The notes under the pieces: generated by a model
Told to the model about the DNA's origin: nothing
The model's database searches: none
What the model saw: the letters and a program-made list of their open reading frames with translations, nothing else
Program-made: the position numbers and the translations under genes
Assembly: GCA_965113315.1 (NCBI GenBank)
Contig: OZ220363.1
Strand: one strand, 5' to 3'
Source of the DNA: Podarcis vaucheri
Taxonomy: Eukaryota
Length of the DNA: 64,000 bases
Part shown: in pieces, positions 1 through 10,967 of the stretch
Position numbering within the stretch: the stretch's first letter is position 1
Layout of the letters: every line of letters begins with the position of its first letter

Positions 1-405
1 TTCTGACCCAATTCTTGGTCATATAATTTGTATAACATTATGCCAACTGACCATAAATTTACATTTTCTTGCATATTTCTTTTTTCATGCATGATTTTGC
101 GACTTAGGATTATTCAGCTACCTCCTGCCAGTCTTAGGTTAATCAGCCCAGTTTGCACGTTTGGGTCACCCTGCTGGGTACACTCTGCTCGTCTTAAAGA
201 ATGCTCTGCAGGGCTAAAAGGGGGAGGGACTTTGCGCAGAGCGCATTGCGCACAGAAACCCGTGGCTGTTTGTGGGCTGCTAATGCAATTCCAATGCCTG
301 TTTGTGGAGGAGGACTGAATCAAGTAGCCTCTCCTTCCTCTTGTTCCCAACAGATGCTCAACTCTGACACAGAGCTGGTACTTTCAAATTGATCTTGGTT
401 ACCTA

Positions 406-826
406 CCGTATTTTTCGCTCTGTAAGACGCACTTTTCCCCTCCTAAAAAGTAAGGGGAAATGTGTGTGTATCTTATGAAGCGAATGCAGGCGGGAGGCTC
501 TGCTAAGCCCTCCCTTTAAAGAGCCGCGTGGAGCGTGTGTGCGGCTCTTCGGGGCTTTTCCCATAAGCCAGGGCAGCCAGTGGGATCACTGCGCTGCGAT
601 CCTGCTGGCTGCCCTGGCTTCTTGCTTAGCTGCGCGCAGCCTCCCCTGCCCGGGAGAGGCCGCACATGGCTATCCCATAAGCCAGGGCAGCCAGCGGGAT
701 CGTTGCACTGCGATCCCACTGGCTGTCCTGGCTTCTGGGATTCAGAATATTTTTTTTTCTTGTTTTCCGCTTCCAAAAACTAGGTGTGTTTTATGGTCTG
801 GTGCGTCTTGTAGCGTGAAAATATGG
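406..826 (+). mobile_element. TcMar-Tc2/pogo-like MITE with two internal hairpin units
   Basis: TA|CCGTATTTTTCGC...GTGAAAATATGG|TA termini with TA TSD; related copies at 1896, 9659 and 46483. Confidence 0.85.
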
Positions 827-852
827 TATAAGGCCTTCTCTTAAGGTCCCAA

Positions 853-915
853 TAGAATCATAGGATTGTAGGGACCATGAAGAGTCATCTAGTCCAACCC
901 CTTGCAGTGCAGGAA
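853..915 (-). mobile_element. CR1-type 3' tail fragment (CR1 LINE or CR1-tailed SINE)
   Basis: atagaatcatag...ggga...catctagtccaacccc is the reverse complement of the CR1 3' end seen at 41660-41729 and in the SINEs at 22888 and 59941. Confidence 0.65.
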
Positions 916-1465
916 CAAATACAGTAACTTAGTCCTTAATTCAATAACCTGTCTGTGTTCAGCTCCATATGGATTTTGTGTGTGTACTGTGCACAAAATT
1001 TGAACCTCAGCAATTTAATCTTCCCCTCTTGTATCTGAGAGGATATACCTTTCAGGTAACTTGCTGTAAAAAAATAAATTAATTAAAATGTCACTTACTA
1101 TTCTGTGACTTGTGCTTTGATCAGGAAACATGCTAAAAAAAATTCACATAAAAATATTGGAACTTGACCATAATAGATATATTTATCACTATAATCCACC
1201 ACTTTTCTAAGGAGCTTAAGGTGGTGTACAAGGTATACCCCAGACAAATACATGGTTGTAACAACCCTGTGAGGTGGGTTAGGCCAAGACATAGAGACTG
1301 ACCCAAGAGGGTTTCATGAATGATTGGGATTTTACCTTATCTTACAGTCTTAACCATCATACCACATTGAATTTCAAGTTTCAGTTGACTTTGGTGGAGT
1401 TGCAAGCTCCCCAAAATTGTTTGGCCATTTCTGGGACCAAGCAAAGGCGTAGTACTAAGGAATTT

Positions 1466-1600
1466 GTAGCTCAGCTGTAAAAGAAATACGTGAATGTGGA
1501 AGGCCCAGGTTCAGTCCCTGACATTTCTGCTTGGCAAATCATCTCAGGTAGCAGAGCTTCATCAGGCCTTCTGTCAGCCTGATACCTTGGGGACTATGAC
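1466..1600 (+). mobile_element. old tRNA-derived SINE
   Basis: gtagctcag...gaaggcccaggttcagtccctgaca A/B-box head shared with 32637 and 49775. Confidence 0.5.
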
Positions 1601-1895
1601 ACCTATGATACCACTTTAAGAGGCCCGGCTTCCCCCAAAGAACGGTTGGAGTTGTAATTTGTTAAGAGACCCCCTATCTCCCTCACAGAGCCACAATACC
1701 CAGAGTTCCCTTCAAAGAGGGATTGATTTTTAAACCACTCTGAGAATGGTAGCTGTGTCTTTCCTAACAACACTCTGCACCCTGAACAAACTACCACTGC
1801 CAGGATTCTTAAGGATGCTTTTAATGTAGAGTGCAGATGTGGCCAATGCTAAGCTATACAGACCTGTTTGCCTGTAACTTCTCTTTAAGTAACTA

Positions 1896-2154
1896 CCGTA
1901 TTTTTTGCTCTATAAGACTTACTTTTTTCCTCCTAAAAAGTAAGGGGAAATGTGTGTGCGTCTTATGGAGTGAATGCAGGCTGCGTAGCTATCACAGAAG
2001 CCAGAACAGCAAGAGGGATTGCTGCTTTCACTGCGCAGCGATCCCTCTTGCTGTTCTGGCTTCTGAGATTCAGATTATTTTTTTTCTTGTTTTCCTCCTC
2101 CAAAAACTATGTGCATCTTGTGGTCTGGTGCGTCTTATAGAGCGAAAAATACGG
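1896..2154 (+). mobile_element. TcMar-Tc2/pogo-like MITE
   Basis: TA|CCGTATTTTTTGCTCTATAAGAC...GTCTTATAGAGCGAAAAATACGG|TA terminal inverted repeats. Confidence 0.88.
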
Positions 2155-2877
2155 TACCTGCTTCGGATGAGTAAAAAAATGGATGCAGGCAACTAAGTAA
2201 GTTCAAACACGTGGACCAGTAAATGTTTCTGTGGCTATTTGTGAGTTTGGAGCTGTGACCGAGGAAACAACCAGCACCAGTTTCCGTTCATTAATCACTG
2301 AAGGACAAGTAAAGCAAATGAATGAATGACTGTAGCAAGGCTTGCAGTGTTGTGCTTGAGGAGTTTGAAACATTGTGTTGCAAAAGTGATCCGGGAGCTC
2401 TTAATCCACTCCATATGCACTACTTGTTGCCTTGGAGACAAATGTAATCAAAGGGCTCTTCCTTCCCACCCCTTTCCTCACTTTTTATCATAAGATTCTG
2501 TTGAATTACGGCTTTCAAAGTGTGGTGGAGTATCATGCGAAATGTTGGAAAGATGGAAATTCAATCACTGAGGGATTGGTCTAAACTCCATTGATTTGGA
2601 AAAGTGAAGGGTTGTTTTTATCCTTCCTGAAGAACCACACAAGGTGTTCTTCACATCTTTTCCATATCAAATAAAATATTGTCAGTGTCTGCTTTAAAAA
2701 AAACCTTTAGCATTTCACAACTCACATGAAATCATTCTGCTAGTGGGATAAGGATACTTCAACCTGGAACTTAGCTCACTGACAGCTCTCAACTGAAAAA
2801 GGCTGTAACATCGAGCAAACTTTCTCTTTCTTGGAACTTCTGGTATGTGATCAGCCTTTTTTGGCTGCTTCACATTT

Positions 2878-3105
2878 TCATAGAATCATAGAATTGTAAA
2901 GTTGGAAGGGACCCTGGGGGTCATCTAGTCCAACTCTCTGCAATGCAGCTCATAGTTTGCCAACTTATCCACAAGAATACCATGGGAGACTTTGTCAAAA
3001 GTCTTACTGAAATCAAGATGCACTGCATCCGTGCATTCCCTTGATCCACCAAGCTTGTAACTCTATCGAAAAGAAATGAGTTTCATCTGGCACGGCTTAT
3101 TTTAG
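2878..3105 (-). mobile_element. CR1 fragment: 3' tail juxtaposed to reverse-transcriptase region
   Basis: 2878-2948 is a CR1-type 3' end. 2950-3105 on the minus strand encodes decayed DRVTSLVDQGNA...LDFSKTFDKVSHGILVDKL, a CR1 RT motif. Confidence 0.75.
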
Positions 3106-3487
3106 AGCAGAGCTTTCCAAACTGTGTGTCGCGACGTGTGTCAGCTGCAGTGTGTAAGTGTGTCACATGAACATTGCCCGTGCTCCTCCCAGGGCAGGAA
3201 AGGGGTTGGTTTAAACTTCAGTTTGCTAGTAAAACTAAATTACTGTGTCATGAAATGATGCTCAGTTGAAAGTGATTAGGATTTTTCTCCATGTAAGTAC
3301 AGAGACCCAAAAAGGCTGTGAGTTAATTTCTCATCTTGTTAGCTTCCTTTTTAAACAAGGGCCTTTTCTACCATTGTAAGGTGCTCCTCACGGAGCTTAT
3401 TTCTTTTGGAATCTTAAATCTCTTTATCATTAAAACCTTATTGTTCACTTAAATAAAATCTCTCTCATATATATATTAATGGCTATA

Positions 3488-3719
3488 CAGTCATACCTCG
3501 GGTTAGGAATGCTGAGGGTTGTGCGTTTTCGGGTTGCGGACCGCACCGAAGTACCGGAATGGGTTACTTCTGGGTTTCGGCGCTCGCTCAGAAGCGCGAA
3601 ATGACGTCACGCACATGCACAGAAGTGCCGAATCGCGCCACGCGCGTGCGCAGACGCAGCGCTGCGGGTTGCGAACGTGCCTCCTGCACAGATCACGTTC
3701 GCAACCCGAGGTATGACTG
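3488..3719. mobile_element. TcMar-Tigger-like MITE (CpG-rich variant)
   Basis: TA|CAGTCATACCTCGGGTT...AACCCGAGGTATGACTG|TA, a perfect 17-bp TIR with TA TSD. Confidence 0.88.
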
Positions 3720-5719
3720 TAAGTTGTTTTGCTTTCCCTTCTTCATGTAAGCCTCCTACCTATGTGAGTGTATATATGTAGGCATTATTATAAATTCCTT
3801 TAAAATACTTTTTAAATCTGTGCTTTTATTAGTGGTTCTGAGAGGCTTTAATACTGTCTCCTCTCCTGAATATTCCCATCCATATTGGTCATTAGAACAA
3901 CTTGTAACTAAGGGTGTGAACCCAGTTTCACTTCTTTCCTCCTTCTCAATCCATTTTCCTTTTGTGCCGTGTCTTTTTATTGTAAGCCAGGGGACACAGG
4001 CTGACTTGACTTTATTGTGTTGTATTGCATTGCACTGCATTGCATTGCATTGCATTGTGGTTATTTGTAAGCTGCTTTGGGAGCCTTTTATCAATCCTCC
4101 TGACATAGCAAAACCTACCACAGTTGCCTGCTATATTTCTGTGTTAATTCATGCCAAATATTTAATAGACAAGCTGCTGAAGCTGTACAAGAAACCAGGC
4201 TACTGTACCATTCTAGGCGTTCCTCCTCACCAAATCACATCTACCCTGGATGCATCTTGGAATTTTCACCAGCTATATTGTTTGTATGATATCACAAAAA
4301 AGAATGGCTATAGTAGCTCTTACTTGTGAACTGTAAGAGGAACGGCTAAGATTTGCTCATTTCTAGTTCACATGGCCATTGAGTCCGCAGCCCATCGTTT
4401 CAGGTTATTCTAGTTTCACTCTAGTTTTCTTGTAGTAAAGTGGTGCTCTTTAAGTACTGTTTCGAACATAGGTTTAATAGCAATGCCCTGAGCCATTACC
4501 TGTAGTGGAATGCTTGGATGGTTGCCTTGCCAAAGTAAGATAGTGTCATCTCTATGAATTGTAATTGGATTTGGGGATGGAAGGGAAACATTCCCTATGC
4601 AAACCTTCCTGACTGACCTGATCTGGGAGTCCCTGAAAAGTTGTAATTCCTTCTAATAACGGGGGCACATTCCCAGTAGTGTAATAAATGGGGATAGGAT
4701 GTGTTGTCCATCCTGGTATTTTTTTTATTGTGCCCCTCGGAGAAGATTAGGGCAATGAGCACAGACCCCGTTGTGCAAGCAGAAGTCCTTGCACTAACAG
4801 GAGGTGGACTTCATGGGATACAACCCACTGTGCTTGGTTCCTGAATCAGTGTTGCTTCTGCCACTCAAGAGTGCATTTTTTTCTGTTAGTGCAAGGACTT
4901 CCACTTGCACAACAGAATTCCCCCTCCTTGCCTTCTTCCACATATAGTTCTGCTCTCAAGTTCTGCTTGCACTGACAAGGACAAGTTGGTTGAATTCCAC
5001 CCATTATTACCAGTTGCAAGGGAATAGGAGTGGAATCCTCTGAGCTTGAAAATAACTAGTAAATTTTGTTTAAGCCTTACCTGTTGCAGGCAAGCTAAAC
5101 TGATTACGATTCTCTCAGGCTAAAACTGAAATTCTAGATCTCCCAAACAGAAACCTAGGCTTCGTATATTCAGATTTATTTTAATTATTACACTTGGTGT
5201 GAACCAGACAGTAGGTGGAGTTGAGGGATTAAGTTTTTTGTGGTAAGGTGGCACTCATGCTTTCTGGTATTGGGAACACTTAGTTTTTAAAATAAGTTGC
5301 TTAGGGAGCTCAAGTCCACCTTCCTCCAAGTTTCTTTTACAACACCCAGAAGAGAATAACAGTTTTATTTTCTTGTCTGCGAAGCTTATTTATCTTCCAA
5401 CTTGGCCGTGAAGAATAACTATGATATTTCAATATGTGGTATGTGTGCTGCATTGACAGAGAGGGAGAGAGAATTTCCAGAAAACTGCTGAACAGAGCAC
5501 AGTAGTAGCTATTTTCACAGTTTACATACAATATCAGACTGCCCCAATTCCTTCTTAAACATCAAAACTGAAATACTGCTGCACCTAAACTAGCATTTGT
5601 AGCAGAAAAATGAGATCTGTTGTTCTTCATAAGCAGGAAGGAATATTCTCGGTTTTCTGAAAAACTTAGAGATACACTTACGTCATTTAAAATGATATTT
5701 TTTTTATCCTCCTTTGCAG

Positions 5720-5856
5720 AGTATTGGGAAAGGGTCTTTATGGTGTATAGACCCAGAATATAGACAAAATCTTATCCAGGCTTTGAAAAAGACCCCCTAT
5801 CACCCATATTCGCATGTGTTCAGCACCCCTCCAGCGTCTCCTCAGGCATATCAAAG
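5720..5856 (+). CDS. FOXN3: FOXN3 internal coding exon (end of forkhead domain and following segment)
   Basis: Pyrimidine tract plus AG (5718-5719) and GTAAG donor (5857). The 137 nt translate in phase 0 as [45 protein letters not shown](S), matching vertebrate FOXN3/CHES1 as I recall it. Not in the ORF track. Confidence 0.96.
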
Positions 5857-7402
5857 GTAAGAAAACTTGAATATAATTTTAACATGGGCAGTTGCTTTTG
5901 TCTTGTCTCAAATACTGGATCAGGCAAAGTCTAGAAATCGGGGAGGGCTGCTAACAACATTATGTAGTCTAGCTTTTACTAGAATTCCACTGCTTGATGG
6001 GCTAGCAAAGGCGATTACTGCGCTTATCACAAATTAGTTGTACTTTAACTGTTGAAAGATCCAAAGTATGCACTCTTGGTATGTAAATTTAGCTCTAATT
6101 GTGCATATTTGGGATCTTTTAAGGCACAACTAATTGTGATAAGCGATCCCAGGTATGTAATCTCGCTTAACAGGCCAGGATGCACCTTTGCTGGTTTAAA
6201 CCAAAACCCACCTAATTCACTGTTTTTTTGCAAGAAACACAGCAACCTGTTAGCTCTCAGTGGCCCGCTGGAAACTCATTGGTGGCCCAGTGGAGAGAAA
6301 TTAGACCACAGTCTGTCTTCTGCCCACTCCCTGCCATAAAGGACTACAGCAGCTGCAGAAAGCATGGTAGTTCCCTAAACTTATTGGTACTTAAATCGTC
6401 GGTTAGAGCCGCAGTATGTCTTACCGGTTTTGGAGGAACCGACCTGTTCATTTGCAGTTTGTCATTGTAAGTTTCCAGAGCTCCTTTGGATGTTTCTGAA
6501 AAACATTCTAGCTGCTTGTGCTCAGGGCCATAGCTGGAGTTTTAAAAGGGAAAGGAAACCGTCTGGGTTTTCCTCTTTGCTTGCATGAATAAATGTGTAC
6601 CTCTTTGGAAGCAGGTCGCTGGTGCTTTTTGTCCTCCTAGCTCCCTACTTGGTAGATCGCTTTGTCAACGCAGCTATATAAACTTTTGCTTCTAGGTAAC
6701 AGGAAGCTTCCCTTGCTGTTGTGGTTACCTGTTCTGTGAGGCGAGTGTGTCTGTGCATGGTTATGCCTAGTTGCCATAGCTCACTCCTGTTCATCTTGTA
6801 AAAAAGGTGAACCCAGGACTGGTGACTTTGAAATGTCATTGGAGGGGGGAAATGGAAGCACTTGAATAGTGATTGTTTGTTTCTTGTTTGTCCTACTCAG
6901 GGGAAAGTATGAGATAATTACGGGGTATCAAACCGCCTGCTTTTCATAACAACCATTCGGGAAATGAATTATTTGTTTCTAGAAACGGAGGATCAAATCA
7001 CATCTGCACGTAGGACAACAATAGGCAAATTTATAAATAATAATAATTTAGAAACTTGTGTAACCTGTTGCACAAATTAGATCTAAGCTACACCCTACCT
7101 GGCTGCAGATATATATGTCTGTTGCCCATGTTAAAAGCCAATAAGGAATTTTAAATATGTATTTAGATGGGGATTTTGGGGGTGGTGCAATACTCTTCTG
7201 CCCCCCCCTCAAGTTATATCACTTCTTCCCTGCTTTTAAGAAGCCAGCAACATGCAAAGTAATTTCGTTCTGGTAACGTTAATGAGGTTCTCGTGCATCT
7301 GTGTTGATCCGCGCGTTCCGTCACATGACCCAGACAATCAATCTTCAGGCAGAGATTGGGAGGAACAGCTGGGCTTTTGCAGGAGACGGCTGTATGTCTG
7401 CC

Positions 7403-7573
7403 CTTGCTAGGCGATTAGCGTGATGGTAACCATAGCGACTAGAACGTCTCCATAGCAACGCATAGCTGAGACAGGTGCAGTTGCATCACGAGGCTGTTGC
7501 CTGGCAAAAGGACAGGCCATTAGTACTAAGATATACGCTGTTGCCTTGGTAACGGATAACCCTACATAGCAAC
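7403..7573. promoter_or_regulatory. cluster of RFX X-box motifs (putative intronic enhancer)
   Basis: GTAACCATAGCGAC (7426), GTCTCCATAGCAAC (7446), GTTGCCTGGCAAA (7496), GTTGCCTTGGTAAC (7540), plus weaker sites at 7403 and 7561; non-repetitive, CpG-retaining context. Confidence 0.65.
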
Positions 7574-7880
7574 TACAGTGGACTTGCAGCATTTTTACCC
7601 TCCTGATTAAAGAAAATAATAATAATAAGAGACATTCTACCAGGTTGTTGTTGTTGTTGTTGTTTTAATCTATGATCAGCAGCACCGGGAGCTCTCACTG
7701 CCAGGGTATCTGTTGCTAAAAGGTGTACTGAATGTGAGATTGAGCACTGATGACAGAAGGAGGTGAAGAGCTGCGCCTAAGGAATTGATACTAGCTGTAG
7801 CAAGTTGAATATTGGAGGTTAAGGCATGTTTGCCACCATTGAACTTAATGAGGTTTATGCCTTGGTAGACATTATTAGTT

Positions 7881-8236
7881 GGGATGTGGGTGGCGCTATG
7901 GGTTAAACCACAGAGCCTAGGACTTGCCGATCAGAAGGTCGGCGGTTCGAATCCCTGTGACGGGGTGAGCTCCCGTTGCTCGGTCCCTGCTCCTGCCAAC
8001 CTAGCAGTTCAAAAGCACGTCAAGTGCAAGTAAATAAATAGGTACCGCTCCAGCGGGAAGGTAAACGGCGTTTCCGTGCGTTGCTCTGGTTCGCCAGAAG
8101 TGGCTTAGTCATGCTGGCCACATGATCCGGAAGCTGTATGCCGGCTCCCTCGGCCAGTAAAGCGAGATGAGCGCCGCAACCGCAGAGTCGGTCACGACTG
8201 GACCTAATAATGGTCAGGAGTCCCTTTACCTTTACC
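7881..8236 (+). mobile_element. Sauria SINE, full length
   Basis: tRNA-like head (GGTGGCGC...GGTTCGAATCCC), BovB-like 3' region, (ACCTTT)n tail and 14-bp TSD TAGACATTATTAGT (7866-7879/8237-8250). Confidence 0.92.
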
Positions 8237-8445
8237 TAGACATTATTAGTAGCAGCAGCAATAGTGAGAACAAGCATTTTTGCCCTGCTCTTTAGTAAAA
8301 GGTTTCCAGAGTTCCAGAGGTCTGTGCTCAGGCTTACATTCTAAAATACATGACATACAAGGGGAAAGGGATGGAGAGGGAGAAGGAAAAAGGCAAGTTA
8401 GGGCACTAGTTCTTGACAACCACCTGGGAAGGAAACAGTTTAGGG

Positions 8446-8926
8446 CAGAGGTTTTCAACCTTTTTGAATCCATGGCTCCCTGGACCAACTACATTATTTC
8501 TGCGGCAACCCTGTGAGGCTCAGGAGCCCAGTTATATCCCCCCTTGCCCTCTTCCAAACACCTTCCCTTGTGGAGTGTTCCCTCAGCCTCCTCTCCTCTC
8601 CCCTCTCTTGGGGAGTCCTCTGGGCTGTTGGAACTGCCGCTTCTGGTCTCTGAGCTGCCCCCTCTACCCCCAAAGAGAGCTGCCTCCTTACACAGGGGCC
8701 TGGGAAGCACCCCCTGGCCAGCCCCAGAGGCACCATTCGCCTGGGGAGCTTGTAGCCAGGGCTGCTGCAACAAACAGCTGTGCAAGCCTTTGGGAGGCAG
8801 AGATGTGAGAGGGCATCAGAGGAGGGAGAGAAGGAAAGAAGGCCGGAGGCCAGTGTTGCCCATAGCACATCCTAACCATCATTCAAGGCACCCAGGGTGT
8901 CACGGCACACTGGTTGAAAACCTCTG
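8446..8926. mobile_element. hAT MITE
   Basis: TIR CAGAGGTTTTCAACC/GGTTGAAAACCTCTG; 8-bp TSD GTTTAGGG/GATTAGGG; related copy at 61781. Confidence 0.85.
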
Positions 8927-8968
8927 GATTAGGGAGCCTGAGGGTGGAATGGCTGCAGTTAGGTGATA

Positions 8969-9159
8969 CAGTGGTACCTCGGGTTAAGGACTTAATTCGT
9001 TCTGGAGGTCCGTTCTTAACCTGAAACTGTTCTTAACCTGAAGCACCACTTTAGCTAATGGGGCCTCCTGCTGTCGCCGCGCCGCCGGAGCACGATTTCT
9101 GTTCTCATCCTGAAGCAAAGTTCTGTAACCTGAAGCATATGTAGCCCGAGGTACCACTT
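8969..9159 (-). mobile_element. Tigger-like MITE, internally deleted, inverted relative to neighbour
   Basis: CAGTGGTACCTCGGGTTA TIR with TA TSD; internal sequence is the reverse complement of the 9259-9484 copy. Confidence 0.85.
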
Positions 9160-9258
9160 TAGTTGGAGGGGGGACCCAAAGGCAACTGGTGTCTGCAGAG
9201 GCAATGGAACAGTGCTGGTTCCCATCTCTACTCTGTCCTGCAGCCTGATGGAGATGTA

Positions 9259-9484
9259 CAGTGGTACCTCGGGTTACAGACGCTCCAGGTTACAGACTCC
9301 CCTAACCCAGAAATATTACCTCGGGTTAAGAACTTTGCTTCAGGATGAGAACAGAAATTGTGCTCTGGCGGCATGGTGGCAGCGGGAGGCCCCATTAGCT
9401 AAAGCGGCGCTTCAGGTTAAGAACAGTTTCAGGTTAAGAACGGACCTCCGGAACGAATTAAGTACTTAACCTGAGGTACCACTG
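9259..9484 (+). mobile_element. Tigger-like MITE
   Basis: TA|CAGTGGTACCTCGGGTTA...TAACCTGAGGTACCACTG|TA. Confidence 0.9.
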
Positions 9485-9658
9485 TATATGGGTTTGTTTA
9501 CACTGGCATATATAAAATTGTGTTGTTAATACCTGCTTTATCCTCCCAAACGTGCCCCCCTCCCCAGTAAATTCCACAATAGTCTCTTTGATGTTTGTGT
9601 TTTCCCCCTGTATCCCTCCCTGAATTAGTCACCAATCTGCTCTGGCCCAAAGTAACTA

Positions 9659-9827
9659 CCGTATTTTTCGCTCTATAACACGCACCCGACCATAACACGC
9701 ACGTAGTTTTTAGAGGAGGAAAATCCGTAGGCATGCCACCCGTAGGCATTCCCTCCATAACACGCACAGACATTTCCCCTTACTTTCTAGGAGGAAAAAA
9801 GTGAGTGTTATGGTGCAAAAAATACGG
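9659..9827 (-). mobile_element. TcMar-Tc2-like MITE (short variant)
   Basis: TA|CCGTATTTTTCG...AAAAAATACGG|TA; subterminal motifs reversed relative to the 406 and 1896 copies. Confidence 0.85.
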
Positions 9828-10102
9828 TAAATGTTTTGTAGCCTGACCTTATAGAGCCACAACAGTACAAGCCAAGACCTACGCTACAGCAGAACAACAG
9901 CAATATCTTATCTCTGCCATGCATAGCTCGACCCTAAGTGGCACTCACAGTTTGGGAGGGCAGGAGAGAACTGTCAGGGACAAAGGCATTTAAGAGGGTG
10001 CATGGATGGGTCCGAATTTTATCCACACCAACTCGGCACATGAAGCTGCTGCAGGGCTTGGCTATGGTGTCATTTACTGGCATAGTAGTTGTTTGTTTAG
10101 AA

Positions 10103-10238
10103 CAGGCATCCCCAAACTGTGTCCCTCCAGATGTTTTGGCCTACAACTCCCATGATCCCTAGTTAACAGGACCAGTGGTCAGGGATGATGGGAATTGTAG
10201 TCCAAAACATCTGGAGGGCCGAAGGTTGGGGATGCCTG
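10103..10238. mobile_element. hAT foldback MITE (~135 bp)
   Basis: CAGGCATCCCCAA...TTGGGGATGCCTG; perfect 8-bp TSD GTTTAGAA; almost fully palindromic. Confidence 0.9.
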
Positions 10239-10967
10239 GTTTAGAACTAGTTGACTGTGAGATGGGAAGATCCCAGCTCCCTTATGGGAAGGACTCCTGG
10301 TGATCCTGGTTATAACAAAATCTTGTCCCTGTGACTTTATTGATGTCCTTTTGTTATTTGTAAATCACCATGGAATTTGTAATCAATTAACATTCCCTCC
10401 ACCTCCTCAAGTTGCTGTCAAGGCTTTTTTTAAGCCAGAACTAAGTTCCGGCACCTCTCAGGTGGGTGCCATTGCCACTCTCGGAGAACATGGGAGGTGT
10501 TCATGAAGAGTTCTGGCCCCTCTTTTTCTAGAAAAATAGCATTGGTTGCCAATGTTATATAGATAACTGGACCACATGATTTCAAAGGTGCCCTTCTATG
10601 GAGGCCTTTGCAGAGCTTGTGTTAAGATCGGGGTGGGAATTTTGTTAGAATAAAGTTATAAAGTGAAACAAAAAAGTAGCCAGTCCCTGGCCCCTTACAC
10701 ACCTGCTTTCATGGATAGAAGGTGCTTTTGGAGCCCTCCATTAATGGAAGAGATGGTGGTTTTCACTTATTTCCCCCTTTTCCACCAGTGTTAGAAACTG
10801 GGATAGAAAAGCTAGGAGCCAAATGCCTCCTGGGACCTGGGTTGTGGGCGCCAAAACAGAGTGTCTAGTTGCCATTGGGGGGTGGGGTTCGGCAACACTT
10901 TCTATTTATTACTTCGATATTACACAATTCACATAAGTGACACAGTATCACAGTTTTAAGAGAAGTT

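Noticed and set aside
560-736. Palindromic direct repeats resembling a CRISPR repeat-spacer unit
   Set aside because: Only two ~60-bp units inside a TA-flanked MITE in a vertebrate intron; no cas genes.
1045-1062. ctttcAG|GTAAC as a recursive splice site (also attcAG|GTAAGA near 41060)
   Set aside because: Pyrimidine tracts are too short; such matches are expected by chance in 64 kb.
3820-4329. 169-aa ORF
   Set aside because: Non-ATG start, includes a (TTGCA)n microsatellite, no recognisable domain, intronic.
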